Of a DNA stretch of 64,000 nucleotides, positions 62,301 through 64,000 are shown in pieces. Both the position numbers and the translations under genes were made by a program. This DNA is from Azolla caroliniana. Its lineage: Eukaryota; Plantae; Polypodiophyta. Position 1 is the stretch's first letter, and each line of letters starts with the position of its first letter. The notes below the pieces were generated by a model, which saw only the letters and a program-made list of their open reading frames with translations, searched no databases and was not told where the DNA came from. The stretch lies in NCBI GenBank assembly GCA_043228905.1, contig JBHGNT010000015.1, forward strand, positions 7,936,001 to 8,000,000, in the 5' to 3' direction.

Positions 62301-64000
62301 AGTCAAAACTTCAGGAGTGCACAACCACCTCAACGACCGAAGCGGAATATGTAGTTGCGTCCGACGCGGCAAAAGAAGCTTTATGGCTCGGTCGGCTAGC
62401 GCACACATTTCAACAGGTCGACTCCGACTCGGCTCCGGTTGTCTACAGCGACAGTCAGGGTGTTGTTGCTTTATCAAAAAATCCGGTTCACCACAACGCC
62501 TCTAAGCATATCGACGTTCGATATCACTTCGTTCGGGACTGCGTCATTTCAGGGAGAATTGGTCTCGAGAAGATATCCACAACCGATAACGTCGCAGATG
62601 GAATGACCAAGTGTCTTTCAGCGGATCGTTTCCGGTCCCTTCGGCGCCAGATGGGTGTAACGAAAAATCGGTCCAATTAAAGTCGAACACACAGCACAAG
62701 ATAGTTTCGGACCACCAACATCGGTTCTTTGAGGATCGGCTTTAGCTCTTCCGACCTGACCGGTTCGGTCCTGTGTCTTCAGATCTTGCCGACTCTGACA
62801 AAACCGATCTGTCCGATAAACCTTGTATATATAGTTGTAATTCTTTAAGATAACCCATGTATACGCCCATTACGGGGGAGTGTCGAATACGAGTGTATAA
62901 TGGCCGTATTCACACTGTCCCTTTGGATAGCCCAAGTTCAGGCTATTTCTGTAAATAGCATAAAGGGCACTTGCCCTAGGATAGTCACTATATAAAGTGA
63001 CTTTGTAACCTTTAGTGAAGGTTGGTTGTCATTTGTAACTGTTGCTGTTAGAATATAACGTTTCCTTTGTGTGTCTCTCTCTCTCCCTCTGTGTCTATCT
63101 TGCTCGTGCATACACACGTTCTTCTTCATCACGAATGTTGCTTGCACTTCCGCATTGACGGCCTTGTCCCCAACAATTAGGACCCTCTCCCACCCTCTCC
63201 AAACTATTTGATACCCCGGATGTAAAGAGACTAGGTAGGTATATCTTAGAGCTAAAACAACATAGGGAGAATAAATTACAAAGTGTTAACCATAACCCTT
63301 TTACTATTCATCAACTTGTAACTAGTGTAACTTTTCAAGAACAAGGGGAGATGATGAATGTGGATACACTTACGCTGCTCGGCCTCTCTCTTGAGGAAGC
63401 CGAAATGCAAAGAACAACCAAACGCCCTCGGATGTTGGGCTCCAAAACAAGTCGACACGGAGTAGAAAGGATTAAGAAGAAAAGGGAATGTGAGCTACGT
63501 TGACTAGAAGCTATGGTTGGGGTACCTTTTACATTGGGGCCACGGGTCACATCCACATCGAAACCCTTTGACATCCCGCTTCTCTTTGAGAGACTTGGAT
63601 GGAAATGAAATTAGGCCTAGTATAACATCATTTTCATTGTAGAACTTGTTTGTTATTTTACTATAACTATTTAGCTTAAAACTCTTTTTTTATTTTTTAT
63701 TTTTTACTTTCGATGAATGGGTAAATATCCCATTTTTTGTTGTAAACCATTTGTCTCATGGGCCAATTTTGGCCTTAGAAGATGTTAATATATCTTTCTT
63801 TCTTTCTCTTTTTCGACCCATGCTTTTGCGGTTTTGCAGATTTCATCTTGGGCCTCCTAGTCCGATGCCTTCACTTGATTGTGTGTGGTCACTTGTTGTA
63901 CGTCCCTGGTGATGGTGTTGATAGCTAGTCCCTTACCTTTGTCCTGTCGCGGACACTAAGTAGCGTAATGCCCTGGTTGCGGGAAGATAAAGCAATGTAC

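Larger units (their letters stand above)
53284..62680 (+). pseudogene. Copia H gag-pol (parts 53284-54625 and 60022-62680)
   Basis: FNGSNFNFWK gag, WLLDSGASYH protease, integrase ORF 60305-61189, RT YVDD ORF 61208-62299. Confidence 0.92.
52338..63175 (+). mobile_element. Copia element H (Tnt1/Tork-like), decayed, interrupted by Copia I
   Basis: LTRs 52338-52634 and 62881-63175, TSD ATTAA/ATTAG, PBS 52637-52648, PPT 62873-62880. Confidence 0.95.
43655..63330 (+). mobile_element. Non-LTR retrotransposon (RTEX-like LINE) in three pieces: ~43655-43763, 50148-52337, 63176-~63330
   Basis: APE remnant (KDQ..FGHHL/LELG..MIIYNG), RT motifs CFVDFRK, GVKQGCPLSPTLF, LLYADD, C-terminal LRISSHQLEIENGR..CRLC..EDEYHF; peptide continues across both insertions; outer ends approximate. 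Confidence 0.82.

Noticed and set aside
63330-64000. Possible host exon (TTTTGCAG acceptor near 63835)
   Set aside because: No supporting ORF or motif; may be the LINE 3' region or another repeat.

Overview
Eukaryotic heterochromatin-like window, most likely from a moss or other seed-free plant. It is almost entirely nested transposable elements and I see no host gene. Left block (1-38085) is a seven-level nest: Tnt1/Tork-like Copia remnant with a 338-bp tandem array > Bryco-like Copia G > Gypsy A > Gypsy B > Gypsy C > Copia E > Copia F, plus a solo LTR and Gypsy D inserted in A. The Gypsy elements have tRNA-Trp PBSs and 4-bp TSDs. Middle (38086-43650) is a TA/CA low-complexity array and a decayed Sola1-like DDD transposase. 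Right block is an RTEX-like LINE interrupted by a Tcn1-like chromovirus (containing a solo LTR) and by Copia H, which contains a very young, nearly intact Copia I. Most notable signals: (1) a G_GAU_UUU slippery site plus H-type pseudoknot conserved between protease and RT in three diverged Gypsy copies; (2) tRNA-spaced A-box/B-box modules in LTRs of four unrelated families; (3) all five Trp-PBS-type Gypsy insertions sit on an N-CG-N target; (4) a self-priming, HSE-bearing chromovirus with its own frameshift pseudoknot; (5) a coding extension beyond RNase H with a duplicated PPT in the Bryco-like Copias. Coordinates were read by eye; lineage names are inferences from motifs, not database results.
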